Assembly (NCBI GenBank): GCA_964187785.1
Contig: CAXLNC010000776.1
Location: 1 to 64,000, forward strand
DNA: 64,000 nucleotides
From: Amphiscolops sp. MND2022
Lineage: Eukaryota
Reading direction: 5' to 3'
Shown here: positions 11,880-23,954 of the stretch, piece after piece
Layout: each line of letters begins with the position of its first letter
How positions within the stretch are numbered: position 1 is the stretch's first letter
Notes under the pieces: model-generated
What the model was told of the DNA's origin: nothing
What the model saw: the letters and a program-made list of their open reading frames with translations, nothing else
Database searches by the model: none
Program-made: the position numbers and the translations under genes

Positions 11880-13889
11880 GTCTTTGCCACTAACATCCAA
11901 GATGTTGCCACTCTAATTCCCAGAGATGTCAAGAGAGCAACGGTAATGGCAGACAATGCAGAGAATTCCCTGTCAAGCCACAGGACGTATGACCTTATAA
12001 CAAGAAGCAAGGCCAGAATGGTAGCAATAACCAATAATAACTTTTCAGAGTGTCAAGATGCGTGCATAAGAAGGATGAAAATAAGAAGACTGCCAATGAA
12101 GTTGACTCAAATGGCAGTGAGGGCAAGTCTGATGACACCGCACTTTCCGTCTCTGAGCAAGGAGACGTTAGCTAGTCAAATCTGCATGACGAGTCTGCAT
12201 CTGGACATGAAGTGCATGACATCAGATCCAAAAAATACAGCAAATTCATGTCTACCATAGCCTTCACGAGACCTGCAAACATTTTGCGCCGCTGTGGTGG
12301 TGGCACCCATTTGCCATCTTTTATTTTGGTGCTTTAAACCTGAGTTTCGTGCACTGTTTGAAGCCTGCAGAGACCAACATAAACCTTTAGAACATGAGGT
12401 TTCGCAGCGGACAAAAACCTTGAAGACATGGGGGTTTTGCAAGTTCTTGGGCGGATTTTTAGAAGATAAATCAGGGTTTCGAGATTCTCTTAAGGGCAAA
12501 GGAAGGCCACGAAAATGCCACTTTCCCCATTGATGTAAAGAAGAAAAGGTGGCGCACACCTCATTTCATGGGCAGATATAGTGCATGTTTGGCATTTTTT
12601 GCCCAGTTTTATAGTAAAAAATGCCCAGAACTTACAGCCACTGAAAGGTGGCTGTAAATTTGTTTTTCTCATTTCTAGCTTTTCTCTTCTTTTGCCTTTT
12701 TCTGCCTTATTTGTCCCTTTTTCCTCTGCTTCTATAAATCTCAAAGCCTCAAACTTGCCCACCAATTGAGATGTGCGGCAAGGTGGTCTAACTTGTATAA
12801 CGTCTATTTTTCAGTGGTTGCTGGCCTCGCCACTCTCCACACCCTTGGTTTGGAAGCAATTCCTGATGGTGATGCAGCCAAGATTCTTGTTTCCACACGG
12901 CATCCGGACACAAGAATTTCGACCTTCGATTGCTTCTCGGAGATACATGACCATTTCTGTAGTGGTTTCCCACGAGTTGCCTTCATGATCATCTTGGCTC
13001 CGCTTCAGTGTGGGGTCTCCAGTGCAGAAGTGCAGAGGAAGTCTCTTGCCCTGGAACAAAGGAGGTTTCCACAGGTGCGAAACAATGGTTGCGCGGTGCG
13101 AAAGCCTTTTCCTGGCCTTTTGCATTGGAGGCTCAAAAGACCTTTAGCACTTTTGCCTATCCACTTTGAGGCAACTTCGGGGATTTGACTCCTCTTTTGT
13201 GCCCGCTGGGGTTGCGGCCCAAGGATGGAAAGTCCTTACAAAACAATACATGGTATAAAGGTGCAAAGGCGAGACTGCAGATGTCCAAGGATTGCTTAGG
13301 GGACCACCAACCACACAGCCCACTCCCACAAAGGGTGTTCTCCTCGACAAGTGGTAGTTACCAGGGGCTGATGTACGAATTGTGGATGCCTAAGAGAACA
13401 GCAAAACATGCACCACCCCCAGTATAGCATTTTGCGATGTCCACCGTGACTCTTGTGGGGGTGGTGAGCAGACACTGCAAACGCCCTACTGCGAACCTCC
13501 ACACGCCTCCATGCTCAGCAATTCGAACTCTTTTCCTTCATGCCAGTGGTGGTCTTCTTGGTTTGTCTCCATGTTCAGGACCTCATCCCGGAGCAAGGCA
13601 CGGCATCAGATAATCTATCAGATTGTATTTAAGGCACAGCTCATCTAGAGCCTTCATATCGAAGACTCTAGCTTGGGCACTTAAGTGGCGGTTTGATTTT
13701 TCTTCTTAACTGCGGGTTTGGGTGCTTAAGCACCAATTTGGCCCTCTTGAGTGCCAGTTTTGGAACTTAAGTGCAGGTTTTCCGAACGAAAGTCACCATG
13801 GTGCCAGAGCTCACAACCATCCGGTCCTTATTGCAAACAAACAAAGCTCTATGGGTTGCTCTATGGGTTGCTCTATGGGTTGTTCAACA

Positions 13890-15330
13890 GATGCGCAAGA
13901 GCCTGAACAGGGACACTCGAGGATACAGAGTGGCGGAGCTGCACAGATCTGCCAAACCAGGCGGCATGTTGCACCAAATGTTCTGCAGCTTCATCACTCG
14001 CTTGCGACAAAAATCATTATGGCAGGAATTGACCACGACGCTGTGGCATCTGAGCTGTGTAGATTGTCATTACGATCCATGGCTGTAGCCCAGGAGTTGG
14101 TGTTGCTTCGCGTTTCTGGATATCCATACATCCTGTTCACATTGATGATTGATGAGGCCGAGGCTGACAGCATCTTGCATTGTTACCACACAACGCCTTT
14201 CATGATGGACGCCTTCAATTTCAAGTTTGTGAGCATGTGAACCAGTCGCGTCTTGTTGGTATCAGAGGAGTCACTTGGCCTCTTGGCTTGTGTAGTACTG
14301 CAAGTTGTGGGAACTACGCTTGACACAGAAAGGCTTCACAGCAAGAACTCTCGACGTGCACGGCAAGCGCAAACTCACTGCCTTTCATTCGAGCAGATGG
14401 CCTTGTGGCACTCGACAGATGCTGGCCCTGCTTGGATTGCAAAGCTGGTATAGCTGGGGAGGGCCGTGAAGAACGTCAACACACATGTAGACTATCTCAA
14501 GCCCCTAATCTCCTTGCTCTGCTTCGTGTTATTGTCTTCTTGGATTCACAGTCTGGACGTTGCAATCTGCTCTTTCTGAAAGTTTCCGGCTCTTCACGCA
14601 GGCAGTAGCAAGAATACTTTGACATGGGTGTGGTTCTAGCGTAGAAAGTCTTGGACACTCACTCACACAGCGGGTCTGGATACTCTTCTTGTGGACCCTT
14701 GTAAAAACTAACTTTGAAACTAAAAGCGGCAAGATTACACAGCAAGCTTGCACCTAATGGTTTTGATTCTGGAAGACAAGTCAGGAAGATACCGTTCCTT
14801 GGCAGTCGCGCCTGAACCTTAGCCCGACCATAACAGACCAGCTCAGAGAGGAGGGGGAGGTGCGTGGATAGCACTCTGTCACATCCGCTCGCAAGGCGCC
14901 AAGTTGAACACTGCAGAGGGGACTTCGAGCACCACACTCAGCTAGCAATACAGACCGCTTTCAGGTGAGGATTTCCAGTACTTCTCAAACTTGGGTGCCA
15001 CAGCTTCTGCTCTGCATGCAATGAGGGGCGCAAGCTTCCCTTCAGCACCAAGAAGGGCCCGTTATGAACGTACTAAAGGGATAGAGGCAGCGGAGAGTTG
15101 GACATACCTCGCTGTCAGCAGAATCAATGGCAGAAATGCAGTCATTTGAGAAGGACATCTGCGCTGGCCAGAGTGCTAGTATGCCAGTGGATTGGTGTGA
15201 TGGTGACTTAGACAGAAGATGCACACAATCTCTTCGGATATATATTCGAGCCAAGCACACTGACCACGTAGAAGCTGATGGAGAGGCAGCGAGGGATGTG
15301 AGAGCCTTCTGAGATGCACAACAACCAATC
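13890..15330 (+). pseudogene. Decayed large ORF, putative DNA-transposase-like protein with an HMG-box-like helical segment
   Basis: Protein-like frames broken by stops and frameshifts: ELCRLSLRSMAVAQELVLLRVSGYPYILFTLM...TPFMMDAFNFKFV*, then LDTERLHSKNSRR, then GGGAWIALCHIRSQGAKLNTAEG...YRPLSGEDFQYFSNLG. I recall similar motifs in uncharacterised Symbiodiniaceae TE-like proteins; this is not verified. Confidence 0.4.
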
Positions 15331-15402
15331 GTCTTGCAAAAAAGGTTTGAGGAATCTACCTTGTAGCGAGTGGCATGCATGTCCACATCGTTGCGAAGCA
15401 AC

Positions 15403-15562
15403 GGCCCAGCAGCGATACTTTTCATATCGCGTGATACTTGTAGCGATAGTAGATACTATCGAAGAACTCTTTCGTGCTTGTTTTTACAGGGTATCGCACA
15501 CTGCTCATGTGATATGTTGCAAAATGTGGTATCGCACAGATGTGCCTGTGAAACTAAGTACC
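15403..15562. mobile_element. Truncated copy of the 9376-9868 MITE family
   Basis: ggcccagcagcgatacttttcatatcgc...gcaaaatgtggtatcgcacagatgtgcctgtgaaact matches both halves of the 9.4-9.9 kb element. Confidence 0.85.
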
Positions 15563-15692
15563 AGAGGCCAGCTGCATCCCCACAGCATCCGCTCTACCGT
15601 TTCCTTCTTTCACACTGTGCAAAAGAGCCAAGCTTTCACAGAATCCAATCACTTGGCTGCTGAGGCATATGCAACTCCTAGTTAGTCAGGTG

Positions 15693-16047
15693 TGGAAGCC
15701 TCTTCTGTCCCAGAATTAAGGGGCAAGCTTACGAGGTGACCATTTAAAGAAGTGCCGAAGCCCAGGCCAGGAAAGTGCCGAAAAGAGTGCTCGGAGAGTG
15801 CCGGCCCCAAAAGAGGTGCTGAGGAAAGTGTCGAAAAAGTGCTTTGGTCCCTCGCCTGTGCTACTCTCTACAGAGGAGCGGACCCCGAGCACTTTGTCGG
15901 CACTTTCCTCTCGCCAGGGGCTCGTAAGTAAGAAAAAGCAGCAAATTGCAACTAAATAATGCCAAATAAAACAAGATAACGCAAATCAGTGGAGAGTTTA
16001 ACTGACGCAAATTGGCAGCAACAAGCTTTGGGACAGAAAGGCTTCCA
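15693..16047. mobile_element. MITE (possibly composite)
   Basis: TIRs TGGAAGCCTCTTCTGTCCCA / TGGGACAGAAAGGCTTCCA. Inner CTTACGAG...CTCGTAAG inverted pair. No TSD recognised. Confidence 0.65.
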
Positions 16048-16954
16048 TAGAATGACGCTCAACTAGCTAGTTCAATCTCTCTCTGGATCTTGGCTAAGCC
16101 AGCCCTGAGTAGCTTCAAGAGAGCAACGGACATGTTGTGGGAAATTCCAGTCTGGAGACATTCAAGATGGCAACGCGTAGATTTTGGGAGTTCCCAAACC
16201 TGGCTGTTTCAAAACTGGTTGTTTGCAATTTTTACCAGTGGAAGCGCTCTTTTGCGCCCTTTTGCGCTCTTTAAAGCGCCCTTTTGCGGACTTGTGTTTC
16301 CGCTCTCTTGCGCTCATTTGCGTTCTTTTGCGCGCATTTGCGTGTCTCTTCATCCGACCGTGTTCAGAATGAACGCGCTTGGGAACTGCAGGAGATTCGG
16401 AGAGCGCTCTGTCGAGCCAATGGAAGCATAACCTACCCAGCAAAACAAGATGGTAGCCACCTAATCGACCAGAAGTTTCAAGACCATAAGAAGAGCGGGA
16501 GGGAAGCATAGATGAGATTGACGGTGCGATTCATAATGCTATCTCTCTCTCTCTCACACTGTCCCGTTTCCCGCTCCCATCGCATTACCTTGCCCTCTCA
16601 CATGACGCGTTTCTTGTTCTCTCTTTCTTTATTTCAGTAATTCTTGTCTCTTCTCTCTCTCTCATGACATACCCTCTCCCTACCTCACAATGTGCCCTTT
16701 GTCTCTTTCTCAGGCCTCCCAAAAAAGGCCAGAAATGGGGTGCCACGACAAAATGACAAAAGTCATGCTGTTGGAAGAGTGCTTCTTCAACATTTTAACA
16801 ACTGGTCGAATCCCCTGCGCCAAAATTGTCGACTCTTGACACGTTTTCATGTTTTCTGTTGTGGCACCTTCGGCTGGCCTCTTTTGCAGGGCTTTGATTC
16901 ACAGAGGCATCCATGTTTTCTTGCGCAGATGCCTTACAACAGACTCACCAACAA

Positions 16955-17780
16955 AAAGAGATCTGCTGCTTGCCATGCACAGCATGGAATTCCGAGGTTC
17001 TTGGCCTGCCAGTCCAGCACGTCACTGATCTTTCAAGACTCAGCGGCTGTGGTGGATACTCGCAACAGAGCATGGACGCTGCTCAACAAGCTTGCAGGAA
17101 ACCAAGTCACCACCATTGGTACCATAATGATGAACCCCAAGTGATTGCGGAGTCAGACAGTGAGCCTATAACAATGTGAGTGCACCATTCAACACAAATC
17201 TGTCAGCTTTTAAGTGCATCCAAGATATCCCTGATATCTGTTTGGCAATAGCTAGCAGATGCTCGGCGAATCCGATCCATAAGAGGCAAAGCTTATCTGG
17301 CAAGCATCCCGGCAAGCTACGATGGTTTCAATGCCTGACATAAATGCTATTCCCATGGATTAAGCTTATCAAGTCCACAAGTATATCATTTTGCAAAACA
17401 AAAAAAGCATGGGGACAATTGTTGAGTATGCACATTTCCACATGCTGCCCAATGGCAAGAGGCCCGGGCGAGCTAAGCAATACCCTTGAGAACGTCCAAT
17501 TTTGGATAGATCAAAGTGCATGTAAACATGTCATCGCCTTGTACAGAGTTCATGTTTGCTTCCAGCAGGAAGCTGAGCATGAGGTACTGTTTGGCATCCA
17601 ATGGTGCCAGAAGAATAAAGCTTATATGCACAGAGGGCAATGCTGGGCCACATGCAGTGCGAGCCATGACCCATATCGAAGCGCAAGCCCCACATTTGCA
17701 CGCAGGATTATTTACAAGCCGTGAAGATGTAAGTTCCTCCTTTCTGCCACTTAGTCACCAAACGTGGCTTCCCTTTGAAA
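16955..17780. repeat. Dispersed degenerate repeat with coding-like divergence, copy 2
   Basis: Colinear with 1630-2480 in the same orientation. Confidence 0.7.
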
Positions 17781-17846
17781 TGTTGCTGTATCAACCCACT
17801 ACTGTCTGCACCCCAGAGCTTCTCTTGCGCTTCTTTCATTGTCTAA

Positions 17847-17877
<31 letters not shown>

Positions 17878-19277
17878 TTCCCACATAGCTCTCTATACAA
17901 TACCACTTGTACGAGGCGCAGAGGGCTTCCCGTCTTCCCAATGTGCACCCGAAAAAAAAAGAGGGCCTGTCTGCTGAACAACACATTTTATGTGAACCAT
18001 TGGTTGGATCATTCGCCTTCATCGATCTTTTGAGAGCGAAGTGATTGCCTTCACCACCTGTGACCAGTGCAAGATCTAGTTAAGTTGAGGCTGCCAGAGC
18101 TAAACGGCAGAACAAAATGTACCGAAAAGCAAAGCCTCGCCCGTCGGAAACCATTTCTCGAGACCCTCCGAGCTGTTTTTCTGAGGAGTTCCAAAAGCTG
18201 TTTCTGAGGAGGTCAGCTGAGGGAAAGTCTGGGCATTTCTAAGGGACTTAGTAGTACGACTTACTAAGATAAAAATGGAGGAGGGGGGTCGGGAACTGTT
18301 TTGTGTGGGGGGTCTCCTCGTGAGGTTTCCCCCCCCCTCTCTCTTTCCCCCCCCCCCTGGCGTTCTCTGGTTTTTCCAGAGTTGGACTTTGTGGGATTCC
18401 ACGAGATTCTTCGGGGCTCGGTCCGGTCCTCGTGTTTTCAGGGTGCAGGTGACCTCATCAGGATTCTGATGCAACACAGATCCCAAATAAATCTTCAGCA
18501 GACTAGCTTGAGAAAGTCGACACGGCCAGAGCAAGAAGTTGCTGTCGAAGTCTTGGCTCCTAAAGCAAGATATAAGAGTCGGGAAGTTTTTTTTACTTAC
18601 ATTTGGAGCTTCTTTGCTCACAGTTGAGCTTCTTGACTGACAGTCTGTTGAGTTGCTTATTAGAAGCGCTTTCCGACTGTAAACAAAAGAACTTAAATTG
18701 TAAGTAAAAAAAACTCCAGCTGTAGGTGAAATAACTCAAATTGTAAGTAAAAGAGCTCCCAAACACCACTGCAAGTAAAAAGACTCTACTGTAAGCAGGA
18801 AGCTTCCAATTGTAAGCAAAGAAGCTGCATCCATATAAGAGGTGTATCTTGTGATTTCTGGAAGGCCATTCTTATCTTCTCACCAACCTTAGCTTGGCCA
18901 AATAGCTTAGCCTATATTAAGAGGAGGACAAACGTGCAACAACTAACGTGCAAAATCGATTCCTCCAATTAATTTTATTATCTTTTCTTCTCTTTTATTA
19001 TCCTTGAGCTAAAACCCCTTGTTTTGAAGGTAAAAGTCCGGGGGAAAAATTATGAAAAAGTGCCAAAAAGTGCGAAAAAGTGCGAAAATTCTGAAACGAT
19101 TTTGCCCTTTGGTTGTTGCCCGTTAGTTTTTCCCTGATATATCTCAGAATCGCTAGCAAGAGTGATCGCCGCCATTCGAATCACTAGCCTTCGTTTGCTG
19201 TCATATGTCCTCCCCCAAACACAGAAATTGTTCCTCATAGACACTGCGTTCGTTGCGCTGCGATTTGAAACGCAGTT

Positions 19278-19465
19278 CCCTGTCCTTCCTTTCCATGACT
19301 TTTCTGTTTTACCAAGGAAAACCCACAAATTAACCAAGGATTTTTGTCCCCTGCCGAGCCCACTAAAACCTTGGAAAACCAGAGAAAACGCACAAATAAC
19401 CAAGGAAATAACCTTGCTTAAAATTAACCAAGGAATTCAAAAAACCAACGAAAGGAAGGACAGGG
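19278..19465. mobile_element. MITE
   Basis: TIRs CCCTGTCCTTCCTTTC / GAAAGGAAGGACAGGG. Internal AACCAAGGA repeats. Confidence 0.75.
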
Positions 19466-22092
19466 TTGGCACTCATTCGTACAACATTCGTTCCACGTGC
19501 AATTGTGCATGGAATGGCTTACGAGAGTTGACTGTGCTCGCTGCATGCCAGCGACTGGCGATTGGCGATCTTGCCTGCTGAAGGCACTGCAGCATATGGT
19601 CAGTTTAGCGGCTTGGGTCGTGCGTTGTTTCCGCCTCCTCAGGATGCCTATTTGCGCAAACCCCGTGTTGGCCGAACCCTCCCCAACCCCCGATTTTCCC
19701 TCAAAACCCGGCGTTGCTCCCGAAATCGCCCAGGAATTCCCACTGAATTCAAATGAAGCGCCATGCAAAACCCCACTGAATTCCGCTGAGTTCCCCCCAA
19801 CTTTCCCCAAATTTTCCTGATTTCGCCCAAATTCCCCGAAATTGCGGGAAAGAAGGGGGGGTAGGGGCCAAAAAATCAACGCAAACTTTTTTTGTACAAA
19901 GTTTTTCGACAACCCTTCGGGTCGTGGACGTCCGCACCGAAAATCGTGGACGTCCGCACCAAAAAGTGCGTGTTCCTGCGGCCCCGGTGGTGGGGAGAAA
20001 CTTTTTGACCCCGGGGCATCCGGGCGTAAGGGTCGGGAATGTCCGCGAGAAATCCGGACCAAAAAGTTTATGTTTATGCTGTTTTTTCTTCCCTGAAGGG
20101 GGGGGGGGAATTCACGCAATCAGCCACCTCAGGACATAGCAGATGACATGTGCCTCGGAAATGCTTCGGAGGTCTCCCAGATTCACAGCACTTTCTCCAC
20201 AAAACCAGAGCACGTAGAGAATAGTGGTTGGATGGGCGCAATGGCTGGGTCTGCAGAATCGGGGCCCCTCATTACGGGGCCAAATTTTATACACCCCCCC
20301 CCCCCCACCCCTGAAAATACCCTTCTGGAGGTGGGGGGCGTATAAAAGAGGGGGGACGTATAAAATTCCTGCCGCGGGCTTCAAAATATCCCCCCCCCTC
20401 TCCCTGAAAGATGCCTTCTGGCCAAAATGGCGTGGAGGCGGGGGGGCATATGTAATTATATTTCCCTGGACTCATTTTCAATCATATAACTACATCTAGC
20501 TGAAGATACACAAGAAACTTTTGGGGGACCGAAAAAGCACATGCACTTTTTCAACTTAGACTTTTCGGCCCCCACCCAAAACACCCCCCCCATTTTGGGC
20601 CTCAAAAAGAAAAAAGTGTAGGTGCCTCATTTCCTGGGAAAGGAAGCAAAAAAGGGACCCACATAAACTTTTTCGGGGGGATTTTCAGGGTTCGGGCCAT
20701 TTTCGGCCACCAAAAAGTTTAGTTTATTGCTTTTCCTGCCCTTGTCGAAATGTGAATTCCTGAAGACGAGAAATGAATGGGCCATGAATGTCAGCAATTT
20801 CTTCACAGGCTGCTGAGTGAGACCCTTGAGATAAACTCCGACTGCAGGCCAACCTTCTGCCCCGAGCAGGCACATATTAGGCAAGTAGTGCAGCCTGAAC
20901 AGCACCACAAATCATGTCGCATGATCCCCTTAGACCGCTACTCTAATCGGAGGTTCGCAAAAGGGTGGTTTCCAAAAGGGTGGTTTTGGCGGATTTTTGC
21001 GTATTCATATATACTCATATGTCCTTGCATACATGTGTATATGTAAACATCTCTCTTTAAATATACACAGATAGATATAAGTGGCACACACATGCACAGA
21101 CCAAAATGTGATATACATATGGACATACATATGTATGTATANNNNNNNNNNNNNNNNNNNNNNNNNNNNNNNNNNNNNNNNNNNNNNNNNNNNNNNNNNN
21201 NNNNNNNNNNNNNNNNNNNNNNNNNNNNNNNNNNNNNNNNNNNNNNNNNNNNNNNNNNNNNNNNNNNNNNNATTCGGATGTTCGCTGGGTTCAAAAACCG
21301 GAACGAGGGTACATTCGCCAAACCCACCCTTTTACGAAACCGCCCTTTAGTTTCCTCTCGATCTAACAATGACTCTCCTTGAAATACTTGACTCAGTGCT
21401 CCAATTTCTCAGAATGGACTCCTCCTGCACAGAGAGGAGAGGGTCTCTTGGACAATGGTGGTTCTAACTTCGGACTCTCAGAATTTCAACTTAAGCATCA
21501 GAAAGCTCGGTAGGAATTTTTACATTGGACAATGCTCTTTCTGAGCTGATTCCAATAATTTGCTCTTGTAGTTTGTTAGTTTGACACTTAACATTCTCCC
21601 CGAACCAACTCTGTGATTCCTCCTGAGTTTTCTGGGACTTGTCCTCTTTTTCCATTTTCTTGTTTCCTTCTGCCCCATTTTCTAGGGGAGAGACGCAAGG
21701 ACAAATCCCAGAAGTTTTTCAGAAGTCAGAACAACTGCCAGAGAATCAGGAATCGTCAAACCCAAAGCTGGGAACCACCCCGCCCCTGCCCGCCCTATGT
21801 CCAACCATAATGAACCAAAGAAACGGGCGTCCAGACACACACGCGCACACCTCTCTTTCCCAAGGCTTAACTCTCACAACTTCGTTCACAAAGAGTGTTT
21901 CTGACTCATTCTCCAGAATTCACTGTCTTTTTCTCAAGATTTCCACTTCTTCACTTTCTGCTGCCCAATTCTGCTCATGTCGGCTCAATTCTGCTCGTTT
22001 CGGCTCTGTTCTGCTTGCTTTGCATTGATGTAACACGATGGCCCTCTGGTCAGCACAGACCAGTCTCATGAAAGGGTTTCTCAGGAATTGTC

Positions 22093-23040
22093 TTACAGAA
22101 CCAAGGTGACATTATGAACTTGCCATGGCTCCAACTCCTTTAAAGAATGGATGGTCTTGGATCCGGACAGCAACACGCCGGTGTGTTGCACCTTGGTAGG
22201 GTCGAAACCAAGGACCTCTGCACACTGCCCCAGGACGGAGTAGAGAGGGATGCTGACTGAGAAGAGTATCGAGGCGGAACGGCCAGACAAGAGAACCACA
22301 CTCAACACCACAAGGGGAGAATGCCTAAAGGCCAGCAGACTCTCCCGCAACTCATATGCCACAACAACCTCCTTGTTCCCTCGGAGCTCCTCAAACGCAA
22401 ATTGCTGGTCCTCAAGGTCCTTGCAGACTACTGCGATGACAAACTCATGGTTGTTCAGGAGCTCCTCGGATGCATAGAGCAAGGCCACAGGGTTCTTGGA
22501 GACTGCTGCCATCACTATCTCATCATTATTCCTGAGCTCCTTGGACGCATGCTGCAGGGCCCAACCACACTTGGAGACTGCTGCCATCACTACCTCGTGG
22601 TTGTTCTTGAGCTCCTCGGATGCATTTTGCAGGGCAAGAGGCTCCTTCGAGACTGCTGCCATCACTATCTCATAATTGTTCTTGAGCTCCTCAGATGCAA
22701 AATGCAAGACAAGGGGCTGTTTGGAGACTGCTGCCATGACCAACTCATGGTTGCTCTTGAGCTCTTCGGACGCATTCGCCAGGGCGTCGGGGCAGTTGGA
22801 GAATGCTGTCATGACTATCTCAGCATTGTTCCCGAGCTCCTTGGACGCATGCTGCAGCTGCTCAGAGGTATCCTTGTACAACGTATCCTTGTCCAACATA
22901 CCCGTCCTGAGCATGTTGAAGACTTCTTTCAGGTCTCTCTCTATGACTCTCTTGTGGTTGTGCTTGAGCACAGTGGGCGCAAGGACCATACGTCTGAGCC
23001 GAATACACTGCTGAAACAAGTCAGCTGGTGGCTGAAGCAT
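22093..23040 (-). CDS. DUF4116-repeat protein with C-terminal ubiquitin-like domain, paralog 2 (uninterrupted, 315 aa)
   Basis: About six ASEELKNNxEIVMAAVSK repeats, then VVLSVVLLSGRSASILF...LLSGSKTIHSLKELEPWQVHNVTLVL*. Colinear with paralog 1. Confidence 0.8.
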   Translation of the reverse strand: MLQPPADLFQQCIRLRRMVLAPTVLKHNHKRVIERDLKEVFNMLRTGMLDKDTLYKDTSEQLQHASKELGNNAEIVMTAFSNCPDALANASEELKSNHELVMAAVSKQPLVLHFASEELKNNYEIVMAAVSKEPLALQNASEELKNNHEVVMAAVSKCGWALQHASKELRNNDEIVMAAVSKNPVALLYASEELLNNHEFVIAVVCKDLEDQQFAFEELRGNKEVVVAYELRESLLAFRHSPLVVLSVVLLSGRSASILFSVSIPLYSVLGQCAEVLGFDPTKVQHTGVLLSGSKTIHSLKELEPWQVHNVTLVL

Positions 23041-23206
23041 CTGTGAGCATTACAGATGCTTCAGTCTCCAGGAAGAATCTGCATCTGTAACGGACCTCGC
23101 AACCCTTACACCTAATTTTTGGAAGGGGGCATTGAAGGGACTCCCTAACCTGAGGATCTATTTGCTGGTGACGGAAAAAGGCACGCCGTCAAACCCTTAT
23201 GAAACC

Positions 23207-23954
23207 CAAGGCCGGTCATAATAAAGCTGGTCGGTCGGATTGTCGAAATCAGCGATTCGAACCCGATAGGTGGAGAATGCGGAAAATGTGGAAGGTCCCT
23301 CTCACCACGGAGAGAAAAGGGTCTAAGGAGCAAGAACCGGAAAACGCGGAAAATGTGGAAACGAAAATGCGGAAAAATCGGAAAATGCGGATGACTGGCT
23401 TTAATGTGACTGCCTTCAGGTGACCCCCAGGAATACAGAGAGAGAGAGAGAAGCGACAGACACAGCGATTGGATCCTTGCATTCACTTTCTTTTGGGGAG
23501 GGGGGGATTGCAGAGCATATCCAGCCCTTTCAGAACAAGAAGCGCAATACATCCATGTGGCCAGTGCCCCCCTCTTGCAAGAACACTAACTCTCAATGCA
23601 AGTGGCCGAGCCGACAGAGAATACAGGACTTCACGTCCTGTCATGGTGGCCATCCGCTCAAAGTAGGTGTGATGCGTGAATGCAAGGATCCAATCGCTGT
23701 GTCTGTCGCTTCTCTCTCTCTCTCTCTCTGTATTCCTGGGGGTCACCTGAAATCAGTCACATTAAAACCAGTCATCCGCATTTTCCGATTTTTCGCATTT
23801 TCGCGCATTTTCTGCGTTTTCCGCGTTCTTGCTCCTCAGACCCTTTTCTCTCCGTGGTGAGAGGGACCTTCCACATTTTCCGCATTTTCCACCTATCGGG
23901 TTCGAATCGCTGATTTCGACCATCCGACCGACCGGCTGTACTATGACCGCCTTG
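23207..23954. mobile_element. Foldback element: ~280-bp inverted arms around a 189-bp spacer
   Basis: 23207-23486 is the reverse complement of 23676-23954 with few mismatches; the provided ORFs 23199(-)/23249(-) and 23680(+) mirror this. Confidence 0.85.

Noticed and set aside
21142-21271. ORFs spanning N runs (also 24475-24674, 44808-45007, 57833-57979 and 58014-58200)
   Set aside because: These are assembly gaps; the X-filled ORFs are artefacts.
22988-23012. Possible relic dinoflagellate spliced leader upstream of the internal ATG of paralog 2 (cagcagtgtattcggctcag)
   Set aside because: Only about 13/21 identity to CCGTAGCCATTTTGGCTCAAG, it lies within an open frame, and paralog 1 has no counterpart.
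23897-23910. B-box-like GGTTCGAATC in the foldback arm, suggesting a tRNA or SINE
   Set aside because: No A-box or cloverleaf could be built.
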